Positions 32,901 through 44,527 of a stretch of 64,000 nt of DNA are shown in pieces (position 1 is the stretch's first letter; each line of letters starts with the position of its first letter). This stretch comes from Thecamonas trahens ATCC 50062 (lineage: Eukaryota > Protista > Apusomonadida). The DNA lies in assembly GCF_000142905.1 (NCBI RefSeq), contig NW_013657679.1, positions 312,657-376,656 of the forward strand. Direction: 5' to 3'. The notes under the pieces were generated by a model that saw only the letters and a program-made list of their open reading frames with translations, was not told where the DNA came from and did not search any database. A program made the translations under genes and the position numbers.

Positions 32901-35900
32901 GCCCGTTGCGCCGTCGAGGTATACGCCAGCCGAGTCGACTGAAGCCACTCTTGCACCTGCTCTGCTACCGCGAGAAGCGGCTTGCCGGCATGGAGCTCGT
33001 CGTAGAGTTCCGTCGAGACTGGCGCAACCGCATCCAGCTCGCGCATTGCGGACAGCGCCCGAATCTGCTCACCAGAAATCGCTTCCAGCTGCGCTTCCAG
33101 CTCAGCCACCGACCGTGCACCCGGCACAGCATCGCCAAGCAGCCGTGCAACCTCGGCCCGCAGCTGCTGCAGCTCCTGGCGCTCAGACTCGCCCAGGACC
33201 CGACTCACGAGCCCAGCCACAGACACAGCTCGCTCGTCGCTCATCGACAAATTCGCCGCGTGAGCATCAGCCTCCACCCGGAGCCGGTCCCGGGTCAACA
33301 TCGCATTTCGGCGAGTCATTTCCAGCAGCTGCTCTTCCACCTCGGCAAGCTCGATCTTGAGCTCATCGACCTGGGCCGCAAGATACGCGTGAGGACCGGC
33401 GCGCAACAGATCCGCATGCGCTCGCTCAAGCTCCCGCAGCTTGCGCGCCACGTCGGGTGCTTGCGCTGCCGCCGACACTGTCGGCACCTCCGACGCTGCC
33501 AGCAGCTCGGCAGCCGTGCTCGTCTTGACAGCAGCCGGACCCGTCCCACTCAACATCTCGCTGACAGCTTCGCCAGTAGTGCCGTCATGGGACTCGGGAT
33601 GCAGGACACGTGAAACAGCTGCCCGCAGTCGCGCCGCAAGCTCCTGGTTGTGCATGTCGAGCGAGTCAGCATCGGCCAGCAGAGTGTTGAGCACCCCGCG
33701 GAGCTGAGCACTCAGACGCATTTCCTCCTCAAGCGCATTGGCCAGGGCCTCGGACTGCTGGTGCGCAAGGAGCACGTCCGTCCGCAGGTGCTCCACTTCG
33801 GCCAAGAGTTCCTGAGGAATCATCGACTTGGGGTCCTTTTCTGACGTGGCCACCGAAGACGCTGTCGCCTTGCGCTCCGCCACCATCCGCGCTTTGGCCT
33901 CCCGCCGCTTCTCCACCTGAAGCCGCTGGTGCTCCTGCAACAACCGAGCACCCTCGCCGCCAAGCGACACATTCTGCTGCACCAGCGCCCTAGTCGACGC
34001 CGACAGCGCTGCCATCTCTTCGCCAGCCTCAAGAAGTGCCTTCTTCAAGCCCAGAATCTGCTCCGACGACGCCGCCGCTTCGGCATCCATCGCCTGAACA
34101 AGGCTCTGAGCCGCCTCCAAATCAGCCTCGAGAGCACCCATGGATTCAGCCATGGTCTCCTTGGCTTCACGCGCTTCCGCCGCTTCAATCTGCGCCTCAC
34201 CCAGCGCAGCCTCGGCCTCGGCAAGATCCATCTCGGCCTGAGTCAGCTGGTCCTCCAGGAACCGACGCAGCGCGTCGTCCATCGGCCCTGCTGTCTTCCG
34301 CTGGTGTTGCACCCGCTCCACGGACACGTACGTCACCGCCGCGTCCGCCGGATGCGCCACGTTCCCTACAGCCACAGCTCGACCAAACTCATCCACCATG
34401 GGCACGTTCGCCTCCGCACGCGACGCCAGCGACCGCTCGGTCACCCTGCTCGCGAGCTGCGGCTCAGGACCCGCCCTCACCCCGGCAGACTGCGCTACAG
34501 CTGGCATGCTTGCTTCACCCGACAGCGCACGATCGACCTGAACAGGAACGTTAAGTGCAGCCTCCATCTCGGCCTCCCGCGCCTGGACAGCTGTAAGCCG
34601 TGACCGGTACGAGACCAGCCGCGTCTCCAGCTCGGCGTTCTCGGCCGCAAGCAGCCGCTCACGAGCCATCACTGCCTCCAGCTCAATCTCCAGTGACGCC
34701 ACCGCGGCTGACGATGGTGCCGCAGACGTCACTGGCGCCGGCGAGCCCGGCGATCCCACCGAAAACACAGAGTGCGACCGCGAGTCGCCAGACACGTTAG
34801 AATGAGGGTCCGAAGAGAGCTCCCGCCGCGCGGGGCTGCCCGCCGTATTCACCTTGCTCTCCTCGTCAGTACTTGCCAGAGCCAGCGCAGCCTCAGCGGC
34901 TGCCAGCTGCTCCTCGAGACCGACCACCTTGAGCTTCAAGTTGGCCATCTCGGTGACTTGCGCCGTCGCTTCGTCCTTGCGCTCGGCCTCCGACGCCATA
35001 ACATCGTTAAGGACTGCAAGCAGGTGCACGTTCTCGGCTTCAAGCTCGGTAATCGCAGTCGCCATCCGCTTTGCATCCTCCGCCAGGAACTCCACCTCAG
35101 CCTTACTCTCGTTGAGCTCGGTCGAGCCGTCACGAAGCTCCGTCAGCTCGGCCTGCGCCGTGCTCAGCGCACGATTCAAGTCCAGGACCTTATCTTTGAG
35201 TACCGCAACCTCGGCAGTGGCATCCGCGCATCGCGCCCGTGCCTCGGTTGCACGCTCCTGCTCGGCAGCGAGCGCTTCGGCCATGCCAGCCAGCTCGGCT
35301 TCCAGCGTAGTGTTCGTCGCCTGCAGCGTCGCCGCCCGCGACGCAGACGCCATCAGCTGGCCCATGCCATCAAGCTGCCCGCGGAGCTCGTCAATTTCCA
35401 GTTCGAGCTCAGACTCGCGCGCGTTGGCCTCGCCGAGTGCAGCCTCCATCTTAGTAGCCTTGCGCGACAGCGCCGCCGCGTTCTCAGCCCGCGCCTTTAG
35501 CGCCGCGCGGAGCTCTGAGTTGTGCCGCCGCACCGCGTCCAGCGCAGCAGCCGCGGCCACGCGCTCCTCGCGCTCGCGGGCCGCCGCGTGCTCGTCGGCA
35601 GCACTCTCACTGGCCCGCTCCTCGCGGTGGCTCTCACCTGGCGTCCGCGACTCACGCTCCAGCGAGTCGGCCACGACCTGCAGCTGAGCACGAACCGGCG
35701 ACGACGCGTCGAGATCAGGAGACCGCAGCAAGAACTGTGTCACAGACGAAAGAATCGCTGCCCGCTCGTCAAGCGCACGCTTCTGCGCCGCCAAATCCGC
35801 GTGCCGTCCTCCCACCTGCGACGTGAGCACCACGTTGGTCTCCCGCAGCAGCGTCGACGCATGCTCCAAATCCTGCTCCGCATCCACAAGCTGCTGTTCC

Positions 35901-38900
35901 AGCAGAGCTCGCTGGCTCTCGAGGTTCGTAATTCGCGACTTCAGCTCGCGCACACCCTTCTCGTCAGATGTGCCAAACGCCGCAAGCTGCGCATGCAGCC
36001 CTTCCAGAGTCGTTGCAAACCGCGCCCGGTCTGACGAGAGCTCGGAAATGTGACGCTCGAGTGACGACTTTTCGCTCGCCAGTTGGGCCGAGCGCGCCTC
36101 AAGCGAGAGCGCATACTGCTCCACAGCCGCAAGGTGGTCCGACACCTCCTTCACAGCAGCTGCGTACTCGGGAATGAGCGAGGTTACATTCGTCGACGAG
36201 AGAATGGAGCGCGCTCGCTCGAGCGACGTGCCGCCCTCTCCGTCGCGCGCGAGTCCAACCACCCGCGCCGTCCCCGTGGGCGCTCCGCTAGCCTCGGCTG
36301 CCGCCCGCGACTGCCGGCCGTCACCACCGTCGCCGACCTGTGCCGGCGACGCCAGAGGCGGCGCAGCCACCAGCAGGTTGTACTGCGCAAAGACCTGGTC
36401 GAGCTCAGACTCGACACCACGCAACTCGCTGGCATCCTTCTGGATCGTCGACTTGAGTCGCTCCCGCTCGCGGGAAACGTCCGCGAGCTGCGCCTGCAGC
36501 AACGCCTCGTCGGCCTTGTCGGCCTCAGACACCGAGCCATTGAGCCGGTAGTGCGCCAGGCGCGCCTCCAGCTCTGCCCTGTCGGTTGAAGTAGAAACCA
36601 GTCGTGCGTTGAGATCATGCAGTCGCGAGTAAATGGCGTACTTTGGTCCTGCAGCTGCCGGATCCGCGCTTTGAGGTGCTCTGTCTCTGAGCTGCCAGTC
36701 AAGCCACTCCCGCTCGAGCTACTGCTGCCACGGTTGCGGTCACCCGGCATGGGCAGTGGCTCGCCGAGAAGGCCCAGAATAGCGTCCAGCGCAGACCGGA
36801 CCTTGCCGGTACCGCCGTCCAACCGCTGCGAGGCCTCGGCAAACGCAGCCAGAGCGGCCGACAGTGCCTGGTGATCAGCCTCGGTCTGCCGCTTGGACCG
36901 CCGCAGCTCACCGAGCCGCTCACGCACGCTGCGCAGCTGCTCGGCAGCCTGCTCACGCTCGGCAGCCAGGCTTGCGTGCTGCGCGGCGAGCGACGCCCGC
37001 TTGCGGGCCGGCGTCGACGCCTGCGGCATGAGCGCAACGTTGACCTGCGAAGTCTGCGAGGTCAACTTGTCCAGCCGCGCCGCGAGCTTGGCCTCAGACG
37101 CGGCGAGGCTCTCAAACTCGCGCGAGACCTGCGCCGTCGAGTCGGCCAGCACGTCCAGCAGGAGCAGCGACGAGTTGAGCTTTTCCTGGTGCATGTTGGC
37201 GTGTGTCGTCCCGGCCTCACTCCACCACGACCGCACCTGCAGTGGAAGGTACCCGTCGCGTGGGAGCCGTGCACGCGACGCCACCATGCTAACTAGCGGT
37301 GCCAGCAACTTGCTCGTACGCACCCGCAGTTCGGGCGCAAGGCACCCGCCAGACTCGGCCTCCAACAGGCCTGAAATCGCCTCCACAAGGCTTGCCACAG
37401 CTGCAGCATCCTCGACATCGGCCCGGAGTGCTGCCTTGTCCAGCCGCCCCAAGTCGAGCGTCAGCCCCACAGCAGCCTCCTCGGCAGAGTCGAGTGCAGC
37501 CTGGAGCTTGAATGCTGCAAGCAGCGTTGCGCCTGCGCGTGGGTCCGACGCGGGCAGCAGCGGCGACGAGCTCACCACCGACGATAGGCCGTCCAGGACC
37601 TTGATGGTCGCACCGTGCTTGGCAGCCAGGCCATTCCGAAGCGAGGTCAGCCGCGCGAGCGCCGCCAGCGTCGCCGACGATGGCTGCGCGAGTTCGCTGC
37701 TAACGAAAGCCTCAGCCTGGTCCAGAACCTGGCTCAGTGCCTTTGTGTTGTCACGTCGCGACCGCAGCGTCGCAACATCTTCGTTCTCGCTGGACGCTCC
37801 CAGCGAAACAGCCTCGGCCACCAGTCCATGCATGCCGCGGAGGTAGTCGGCAAGCGTTTGGTGCTGCGAGCCAAGCTCCATAAAGTGCGGATGCCGCGCC
37901 CGCGCATGCTCAGCCGCGGACTCGTTGAGCTCGGCAAGCCGCTCTTGAAGCTTGACAATGCAGGCGTAGACAACGCCGTCGTCAACCGCGTCAATCGGCG
38001 GCAGCGGCTGCGACTTTTCGATGGCCGAGAGGAGGAGTCGCGGCTCCCACGCACGGGCAATGTTCTCACCGGGCCGTCCGCCGAGCGGCGTCGCACCGAG
38101 CATGGAAACTCGTGACGCCCGTGCCTCCAGCTTGGAGATCGGCGTCGCAGGCACAGGCCCACTGCCTTCGCTGCTCGACGCCGCAGGCGAACGAGCCGCG
38201 CGGTGCGAGCTGTCCAGCAGCTGAGTTTCCAGCTGGGCCTCGCGCGCGCGCGACGCCGCAAGCTGCGCCGCCAGCGCTTGAACACGCTCTTCAAGCGCCG
38301 CCATCCGGTTGCGGGACGCGGCCAGCCGCGCGGCATCACGAGTGTTGGACTCGCCGCCTACGCTCGGGCTGGCTGGCGCGGCAGCCTCCTGCCGAGCCGC
38401 CGCATACTTGCTCCGCAGCTCGTTGTGCTGGCTCTTCAGTCGGATGAGGTCCGACCGGAGCCGCTCGACTTCCTCACTCGAGCTGGCAGCAGAGGCTGAC
38501 TGCGCCCGCACCGCTGACACTGCAGCCTTTTCGGTCGCAACCTCGCGCTCCAGCTCGGCAATGCGAGACTGCAACGCTGAGTTGGTCTCCTGCAGCGCCG
38601 AGAGCACCGCCTCGACTTCGGCAAGCGGCGTGTGCTCCGTGACTCGGAACTCGGCCAGCCGCGCGAGGTGCGACGCATTGAGCAGCTTGCGGTTGAGAGC
38701 TTGGATCTCGGCCCCCGATGCGCTCCGCGCTGACCGCAGCGCCCGGACTCGGGCCCGCTCCTCTGCCAGAGCGTCACGAAGAGCTGCAACCTCATCGGTG
38801 AGCTTGGCACGCGCCTCGCGATGCGCTTCGAGCTTGGCCACCAGCGTTTCGCGGCCCGACTCGGCAAGGTGTGACTCGAGATGAGCCCGCGCCTCGTCGC

Positions 38901-39975
38901 GCTGCTGCTGAGCAGTCACCAACTGGGCAGTCACGTCATCGAGATACGCCTGATACCGCTTGGCGTCGCGCTTGGCCGCCCGTGCAAGCTTGGCATTCTC
39001 TTTGGCCAGCTCGTCGCGCTCCTTCGACAGCTTGCGCAGCAGCGCGTTGAGGCGCTCGCTCTCCGACGAGCTCGACTGGTCACGTCCGCGGCCACGCCCG
39101 CGCCCGCGCCCCCGACCCGAGCCGGTGCGCGGCTTACCGCGCCCAAGCACGGCTTCGTCGCGTTCTTTGCGTGCGCTGGCAAGCTGCGCTTGCAGCAGCG
39201 CGACCTGGTCTTTGAGCTCGTTCGATTCGGTGTGAACCGTGAGAATGTGCTCGTGCGAAGCCTCCTTCTCCTCCAGCTTTTGCTTCAGCAGCTCGATCGA
39301 TGCATATAACGTCCGCTCCTTCCGTTGGTGCTTGCGAATGACAGCCGCGTCGTCGGCGTGGCGGCCCTCGGCCTCACGCAGTCGCTGTATCCGCTCGCGG
39401 AGCCGGCCGACCGTCAACTGGCTCTCCTCGAGTCTCCCAGCAAACTCGGCGCGGGCTGCGTCCTTGGCAGCGGCCATGGTTTCGCTTACCTCGCGGAGAA
39501 CGAGCGCCGCAAGTGCGTCGAGGTCCCTGGCACCGCTTGCACGTGCCGCCTGCGTAGCTGCCGCCGCGCTCGCCGACGCTGCCGCCACTTTTTCACGCGC
39601 CGCCGTCACCGCTGCCCGAGCCCGGGCATTCTCAGCCTTGAGCCGCTCCATAGCGGCGTTGGCAGAGTCCTCCTCCTGTCTCAACTGCGTATGGTTCGCC
39701 CGGAGCTCAGCCTGCGCCTGCGCCAGCGCATGCTCCAGACGCTCCACCTCGTTCCCGCGCACGCCTTCGCCGGACTCATCCTGGACCGTTCCAAGCTCCG
39801 ACGCGAGGGCCCGCTCAAAGTCGTCATGCTGAATCTTGCGCTCCAGCCCAGTATAGATGGGCGACCTTGCCGGCCGCTTGCTACTCACCCTTCTACCTGT
39901 CGGTGTTCTCTGTACCGCCCTGTCTCGTGACTTTGTCCCTGTCGGTCGACGTGTCCGCGACGGCGTCCCGGACAT
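12724..39975 (-). CDS. Giant (~9,080 aa) coiled-coil protein of unknown family, interrupted by three -1 frameshifts (about 36643, 31469, 17945)
   Basis: Four abutting or overlapping same-strand ORFs share the same Ala/Glu/Leu heptad composition. Adding one base at each junction gives continuous text (QDQKYAIYSRLHDL, EVAVLSRVSVEALE, ATARKHAAALAAAR). The span is 27,252 nt, +3 = 9,085 codons. The same repeat block occurs on both sides of the 17945 junction. Start MSGTPSRT at 39975. Confidence 0.72.
17235..18470 (-). repeat. Near-identical ~500-bp coding duplication, period 716 bp (717 if one base is restored)
   Basis: About 17235-17750 matches about 17951-18466; the paired shadow ORFs at 17343 and 18059 are almost identical. 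Confidence 0.9.
17945..31469 (-). CDS. Central segment of the giant coiled-coil gene (4513-aa ORF)
   Basis: Uninterrupted 13.5-kb ORF, coiled-coil composition, 21-aa tandem repeats, basic clusters. Confidence 0.85.
23779..24342 (-). repeat. 63-bp coding tandem repeat x9 (ETATAVLSTSV(L/V)DGEDVAPQS)
   Basis: Nine near-identical 21-aa units in the 4513-aa ORF. Confidence 0.95.
31469..36643 (-). CDS. Second segment of the giant coiled-coil gene (1712-aa ORF plus in-frame extension)
   Basis: Long heptad ORF; the frame stays open and protein-like upstream of the GTG at 36532, to about 36643. Confidence 0.8.
36643..39975 (-). CDS. N-terminal segment of the giant coiled-coil gene
   Basis: Basic S/T/R/P head, GRGRGRGR patch and coiled coils. 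Its own frame degrades into non-protein-like text after QLQDQ. Confidence 0.8.
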
Positions 39976-40202
39976 GGTCAAGCGCGAGAAAGAGAGCGAT
40001 GGTCCCAGTTTTGGCGGCAACGGCCGCGCCAAAAACACGACTGCCCTCCCCTCCCCCCCCCCCCCCGCCCCTCTTGAACTCAAAGCCAAACGAGGTTTGG
40101 ACGTGACTCGCCCCCGCCAGTCGCCGTACAACAGCCACCACACTTCACACAAGCTCTCCACAAAAGCTACCCTCACCTACCCGCGCCCGACTCGAACCGA
40201 CG

Positions 40203-42377
40203 ATGCGGTCGGCTGGTGTGGTGGTGGTTGACCTTACCGACGCTGCATTCTTGGCTTCGGAAGAGATGGACGTCGTGTGCGAGGCTGCGCTCGCCGGCTG
40301 GCGGACCGAGCCCGGCTCGCCCCGCGTTGTACCGCCGGCCTCGCTCATGCTCGCCAGGAAGAGCGCGCATCGGCTGACATGGTTAGATCCAGGACAAACT
40401 GGGAAAGTTGACTCTGCTCCGCTTGCTCCTCCAAGCCATGACGCCCGTTTGCCTTGCGATGCCCACCTGGACATGCTCCGGATGCTGGCGCAGACTCTCG
40501 GTGGCGAGTCTGCGACGGCTGATGACCCACAGGTCCTCGACCTAGTGTGGGTAGTGGAGGCTCGCCTGCCGCTGCCGGGGCCCAAGGCCCAACCGCCAGC
40601 CACGCATGCGTTTGCGGTCGGCCTTACCGCTCAGCTCGCCGAGTCTGCCCGATGGCGATCGGCGCTACGCGTTCACATCCTCATTGCCGCGCCACCTCCA
40701 GACGTCGACGTTGCCGCCATTGCTGCAGCTTGGCAGGTGCTGCTAACAGATGCGAGCCACCTCGGCTCTCAAGTCAAGCTCACCGCTCTTGTTGCCAACC
40801 CGTCGTGCTGGCGCGGCTCGCTGGCCCTTCATCCACAGCTCGGAAAGTGGCCGTCCTGCCGCGTCGAGGCCTTTGCCGAAGATGCTAGCTCGCTGAGAGC
40901 TAGACTTCCGCGCGGCTCGGACTCTTGTCTCACCATTATCAACAGAATTGCTGCCCCTGCTACAGTCCCGTGGCTTTTCACCGGCCTTCACTGGCGGATG
41001 GCGTACGTCATGCCGTCGTCCGCAACTCTTCCGCATGTGGCCCAGCTGGTCGATGTGCTAGCAGCCGACGCGGCCACACTGGTCCTCCGATCCACCAGCG
41101 GCATGCTTTTCGCTGCAGTTCCGCATCCAGGCTCTTTGCAACTCTTTGGTCTTGTCTCACCGCATGCACTGGCCCGGTTGCCTGTGCCGCTGGCTCCGAT
41201 TGTGTGCTCGGCGGCAAGTCCAATCGCGGACCCCGACTCGGAGCTCTGGCCCGAAGATCGCGCACTGGCTGCATTGCTTGCTGATGCAGTCGAAGAGACT
41301 GAGCCGCCACCGCTGCCCCGTCCAAACCGGCTACAGATTCCGCCTCTCACACCACGGACCAAGCACCAGCCGGCCTCCGTCGCGGCGTGCTTTGCCCCGT
41401 CGGGGCGGGTTCTGCCGGATCCGGGCCTGCTCGGCTCGCGCGCCGTAACCTCGGTCTTTCCAGCACTGACCGGCAACGAGCGCTTTGACTACGCAGCGCT
41501 TGCCCGAGCGCAGAGTGCCCACACTGGCCGACCTCACTGGGCAGCCGTCGAGGCGGCATTGGCTCCAGCACCGGGTACACACAGCGATGCCCGCCAACTC
41601 CACGGCGTCCACTACTACGGCAGTGCAGCGTCCCGAGCCGGCGCCTACGCGGCAGTCATGGGCGATGGCATTATTCACGAGCGTGGCTCGCTTCTGCGCG
41701 ACGTGCCCGAGACTCCGCGAGTCCCGGTCCGAACCCCACAAGCTACTGCGGCGCAGCCTGCGTCACGCAGGCAACCATCTTTCCGCTCTATGGCGCGCAA
41801 GCAGGTGTCAGCAGCGCAGCGTGCGACTTCGAAGTCATCGCTTGCGCTGGCCATGCCCGATCAGCGCAGGCCAGCGGACATCAACAAGGCCCGGCTTCGG
41901 GCTGCAGTTCTGGCCGAACTCAAAAGCCTGCTCGGCAAGTCACACCCGATGCTCAAGGAGTGCTACCGCAAGCTGTATCAGGTCTGCCGCCTCTTCCTGG
42001 GCTCGCTCAGCTCGGCGGTTGTGGCGGAGGCAGAGCTCGCAGCAACCGTCCGGCGCAACTGCCGCACTGTTGTTTTTCAGCTCGTGCCCATGACCGATGT
42101 CATCGAGGCCCAAACTCTGCAGACTTCATCGTCGCCGGCGGCCCAACCAGTACATCCCGCACCGCGCCCCATCGTCGCGCCGCGGCTTGTCCGCCCAGCG
42201 CCCACCCGCAAGCGGCGGCTGGTACCCCCGCCGCAGCCGCGTGCCCTCCGCCGCCGCCTGCTCCAAACCTCATCGGACGACTCTTCGGTCACCTCGCCGT
42301 CGGGCATGCCTCCCAGAAAGGGTCAAGTCGCCCAGTACGCCAAAGTTTTTACCTTTGACGACTCGTCTGAGGTGTGA
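40203..42377 (+). CDS. MTBP: Probable MTBP/Sld7-family replication origin-firing factor
   Basis: C-terminal INKARLRAAVLAELKSLLGKSHPMLKECYRKLYQVCRLFL resembles the MTBP_C/Sld7-C helical domain (H.RIL..VV..TL....I...H.CF..C..RLF.I.K.YL). RQLHGVHYY...IIHE resembles the MTBP YHGIEY...LI.YE segment. N-terminal VVVVD strand is consistent with a vWA-like start. Recognised from memory of the family, not by search. Confidence 0.6.
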   Translation: MRSAGVVVVDLTDAAFLASEEMDVVCEAALAGWRTEPGSPRVVPPASLMLARKSAHRLTWLDPGQTGKVDSAPLAPPSHDARLPCDAHLDMLRMLAQTLGGESATADDPQVLDLVWVVEARLPLPGPKAQPPATHAFAVGLTAQLAESARWRSALRVHILIAAPPPDVDVAAIAAAWQVLLTDASHLGSQVKLTALVANPSCWRGSLALHPQLGKWPSCRVEAFAEDASSLRARLPRGSDSCLTIINRIAAPATVPWLFTGLHWRMAYVMPSSATLPHVAQLVDVLAADAATLVLRSTSGMLFAAVPHPGSLQLFGLVSPHALARLPVPLAPIVCSAASPIADPDSELWPEDRALAALLADAVEETEPPPLPRPNRLQIPPLTPRTKHQPASVAACFAPSGRVLPDPGLLGSRAVTSVFPALTGNERFDYAALARAQSAHTGRPHWAAVEAALAPAPGTHSDARQLHGVHYYGSAASRAGAYAAVMGDGIIHERGSLLRDVPETPRVPVRTPQATAAQPASRRQPSFRSMARKQVSAAQRATSKSSLALAMPDQRRPADINKARLRAAVLAELKSLLGKSHPMLKECYRKLYQVCRLFLGSLSSAVVAEAELAATVRRNCRTVVFQLVPMTDVIEAQTLQTSSSPAAQPVHPAPRPIVAPRLVRPAPTRKRRLVPPPQPRALRRRLLQTSSDDSSVTSPSGMPPRKGQVAQYAKVFTFDDSSEV

Positions 42378-42403
42378 TGGCGTGCCACAAGCTGTGGCAG
42401 AAT

Positions 42404-44032
42404 TCAATAATACTGCTGGACATGGATGTCGACCGGCTCTGGGCTGGCGTCTAGTTGGGGCGATGCGTTGCGCGAGCCGTGGAGCGATGACGACGAAGCC
42501 GCCGCCTGACGCTTGCTGCGCCGCTTTTTGGGTGACGGTGATGAGCCAGAATCAAGTCGCTTCTTGAGCTTGGCATGGCTCCGCTGCAGCTTGGCATACT
42601 TGGCGTGGACAGTGCCGAGTTCCATCTGGGTCGCCTGCAGCTCGTGGGTGAGCTGGTCGATGCGCAGCTTCTGGGCCGCGGCGTGGTCGTTGATCCGGGC
42701 CTCGCTCTCGCGCGCGGCCTGGACCGCGCTGCGGAGCTTGGCCCGCTTCTCCGCCTTGGCCTCAAGCGCCTCGTTTTGCGCCTGCACCTGGGCCAGCGCG
42801 GCCTTGACCTCAGCCAGATGCCTGGTCTTGCGTCGAAGATTGAGCTTGAGCTCGGTGACGTGCGCGGCTTCTTCTTCAGCTGCCTCCATCTCGCGCGTCC
42901 GTTGGACGCTGGATGCCTCCGACTTGGCCTGGTCGGCCGCGACCTTGGCCTGAACCGCGGCTCGCGAAGCCTCGGCAGCGTCAATGCGCGCCCGTTGCAG
43001 CGCAGCTTGACACGATGCCAACTTGTTGCTGGACACCTCGAGCTTGCCCTGGCTCTCTGCCAGCGCCGCATCGCGATTGGCAATGAGGGTGTCTTTGCGC
43101 TTGATGGTCGTGAGCGCTTGCTTGAGCTCAGCGCGCACCCGCTCAAGCTCCGTGCTCAACTCACTCTCACGACTAGCCGCGTCAGCGGTGAGCGCGGCAA
43201 GTTCGCTCTTGAGTCTCGCTTGCTGGGCCTTAGCAGCAGCTTGGGATGCCGACACGTCGGCTGCCGCTGCGTCGGCACGAGCGTTGGCACGCTCCGAAGC
43301 CGTCCGCAGCTTGTCAGCGTCAGACTTTGCAGTCGATGCTGTAGTGTATGCTGTTCGCAGCCGCTCGCAGGCCAGCAGGCAAAGCTCGCGGAGTGAGCCG
43401 AGCTGGACCAGTAGGCCCGGAACCTCACGCTTGCGGGCATGGCTCGGAATGCGGATAGCCTCCACCTGTGCCAGCAAGTCCTCGTGGCCGAGCAAGATAC
43501 CGGAGCGGGAAGGAGGCGAGGCGAGCCCAGGCCCACGACGGCGAAGGAGTGGCGAGCCACGCGCGCTTGCTGTCTGCGGCCGAACAACTGTCGATCGATT
43601 CCAGCTTGTATCTGGCGAGTTTCGCGGCGATCGCCCGGTCCTCTTGCGCCCGCTACCGGCAGTCATCGGACGTGGCAAACCGCGCTTCCTTGCCGGCGAT
43701 CGCTTCACAACGTTGGAAGGCCTCGGACGCCCGCGTCGCTGGCGCTTAGGACTCGCTCGAACCGGGGTAGCAGGCGATGGCGCCGCCCGTCCTGCCGCCG
43801 GCTTCTCCAAACGCTGCGACCTCGGCTCTGGAGTGTGTGGCTCTTCGAGAATTGCCTCTGCAACACCAAGGTCATCATCATTACCATGACTATCATCGCC
43901 ATCAGCAACATCAGGTCCAACCGGCGTCTCCGAGCCCGAGTCCCCCGCCGACTCCGAGTCCACCACCGAGTACTCACCCGAGTAGGTGTACTCGGGAGCG
44001 TCTGTAGATACGCCGTCCAAAGACACCGCCAT
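42404..44032 (-). CDS. Hypothetical protein: acidic and S/P/R-rich N-terminus with RPMTA/RPQTA motifs, then a long coiled coil
   Basis: 591-aa ORF; likely start MAVSLDG at 44032; heptad-rich C-terminal half. Confidence 0.75.
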   Translation of the reverse strand: MAVSLDGVSTDAPEYTYSGEYSVVDSESAGDSGSETPVGPDVADGDDSHGNDDDLGVAEAILEEPHTPEPRSQRLEKPAAGRAAPSPATPVRASPKRQRRGRPRPSNVVKRSPARKRGLPRPMTAGSGRKRTGRSPRNSPDTSWNRSTVVRPQTASARGSPLLRRRGPGLASPPSRSGILLGHEDLLAQVEAIRIPSHARKREVPGLLVQLGSLRELCLLACERLRTAYTTASTAKSDADKLRTASERANARADAAAADVSASQAAAKAQQARLKSELAALTADAASRESELSTELERVRAELKQALTTIKRKDTLIANRDAALAESQGKLEVSSNKLASCQAALQRARIDAAEASRAAVQAKVAADQAKSEASSVQRTREMEAAEEEAAHVTELKLNLRRKTRHLAEVKAALAQVQAQNEALEAKAEKRAKLRSAVQAARESEARINDHAAAQKLRIDQLTHELQATQMELGTVHAKYAKLQRSHAKLKKRLDSGSSPSPKKRRSKRQAAASSSSLHGSRNASPQLDASPEPVDIHVQQYY

Positions 44033-44527
44033 GAGTTGGCAACAAGTGAGGGTGGAACTGAGAAAAGTGCGTGTACAGACCGTCGTTGAGGTGGTGAGTA
44101 GCTGGTACCTGGCCGTCTTCATCTGTGAGACGGTTCGGAGCTGTGACCGGGAGTGACTCGGCCGTCCAACGGTCGCCAATGCAGGCGACGAGCCAGCAGA
44201 GGAGCAAGGAGAAGAGGGGGGTACGAGAGATGAGCAAGGGGATATTCCGAGACGATAAGCGGTTAATCTGATGGGAAAGAGTTGATTACATACAAGAATG
44301 GAGACTCGATGGGAAGTCGATGGGGAGTGGAGGATGATCGAGGAGCTGTGGCGAGTGTGAGTGTGATGCGTGGGGAAAGAGAGAGGGAGGGAGGGTAGCC
44401 GACTAGGCTTTGCTCAACGACGAGGCAGGAGTGGGTGGGGGTGGGGGCTAGCCAGCTGGCCACACTCGACGCAGTCGGTGGACGAGTGCCGGGGCAAAGG
44501 GGCGGAAGAAGGCAAGGCAAAGATATT

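Noticed and set aside
36579-36641. 63-nt intron using the first AG
   Set aside because: Its length is a multiple of 3, so it does not repair the frame.
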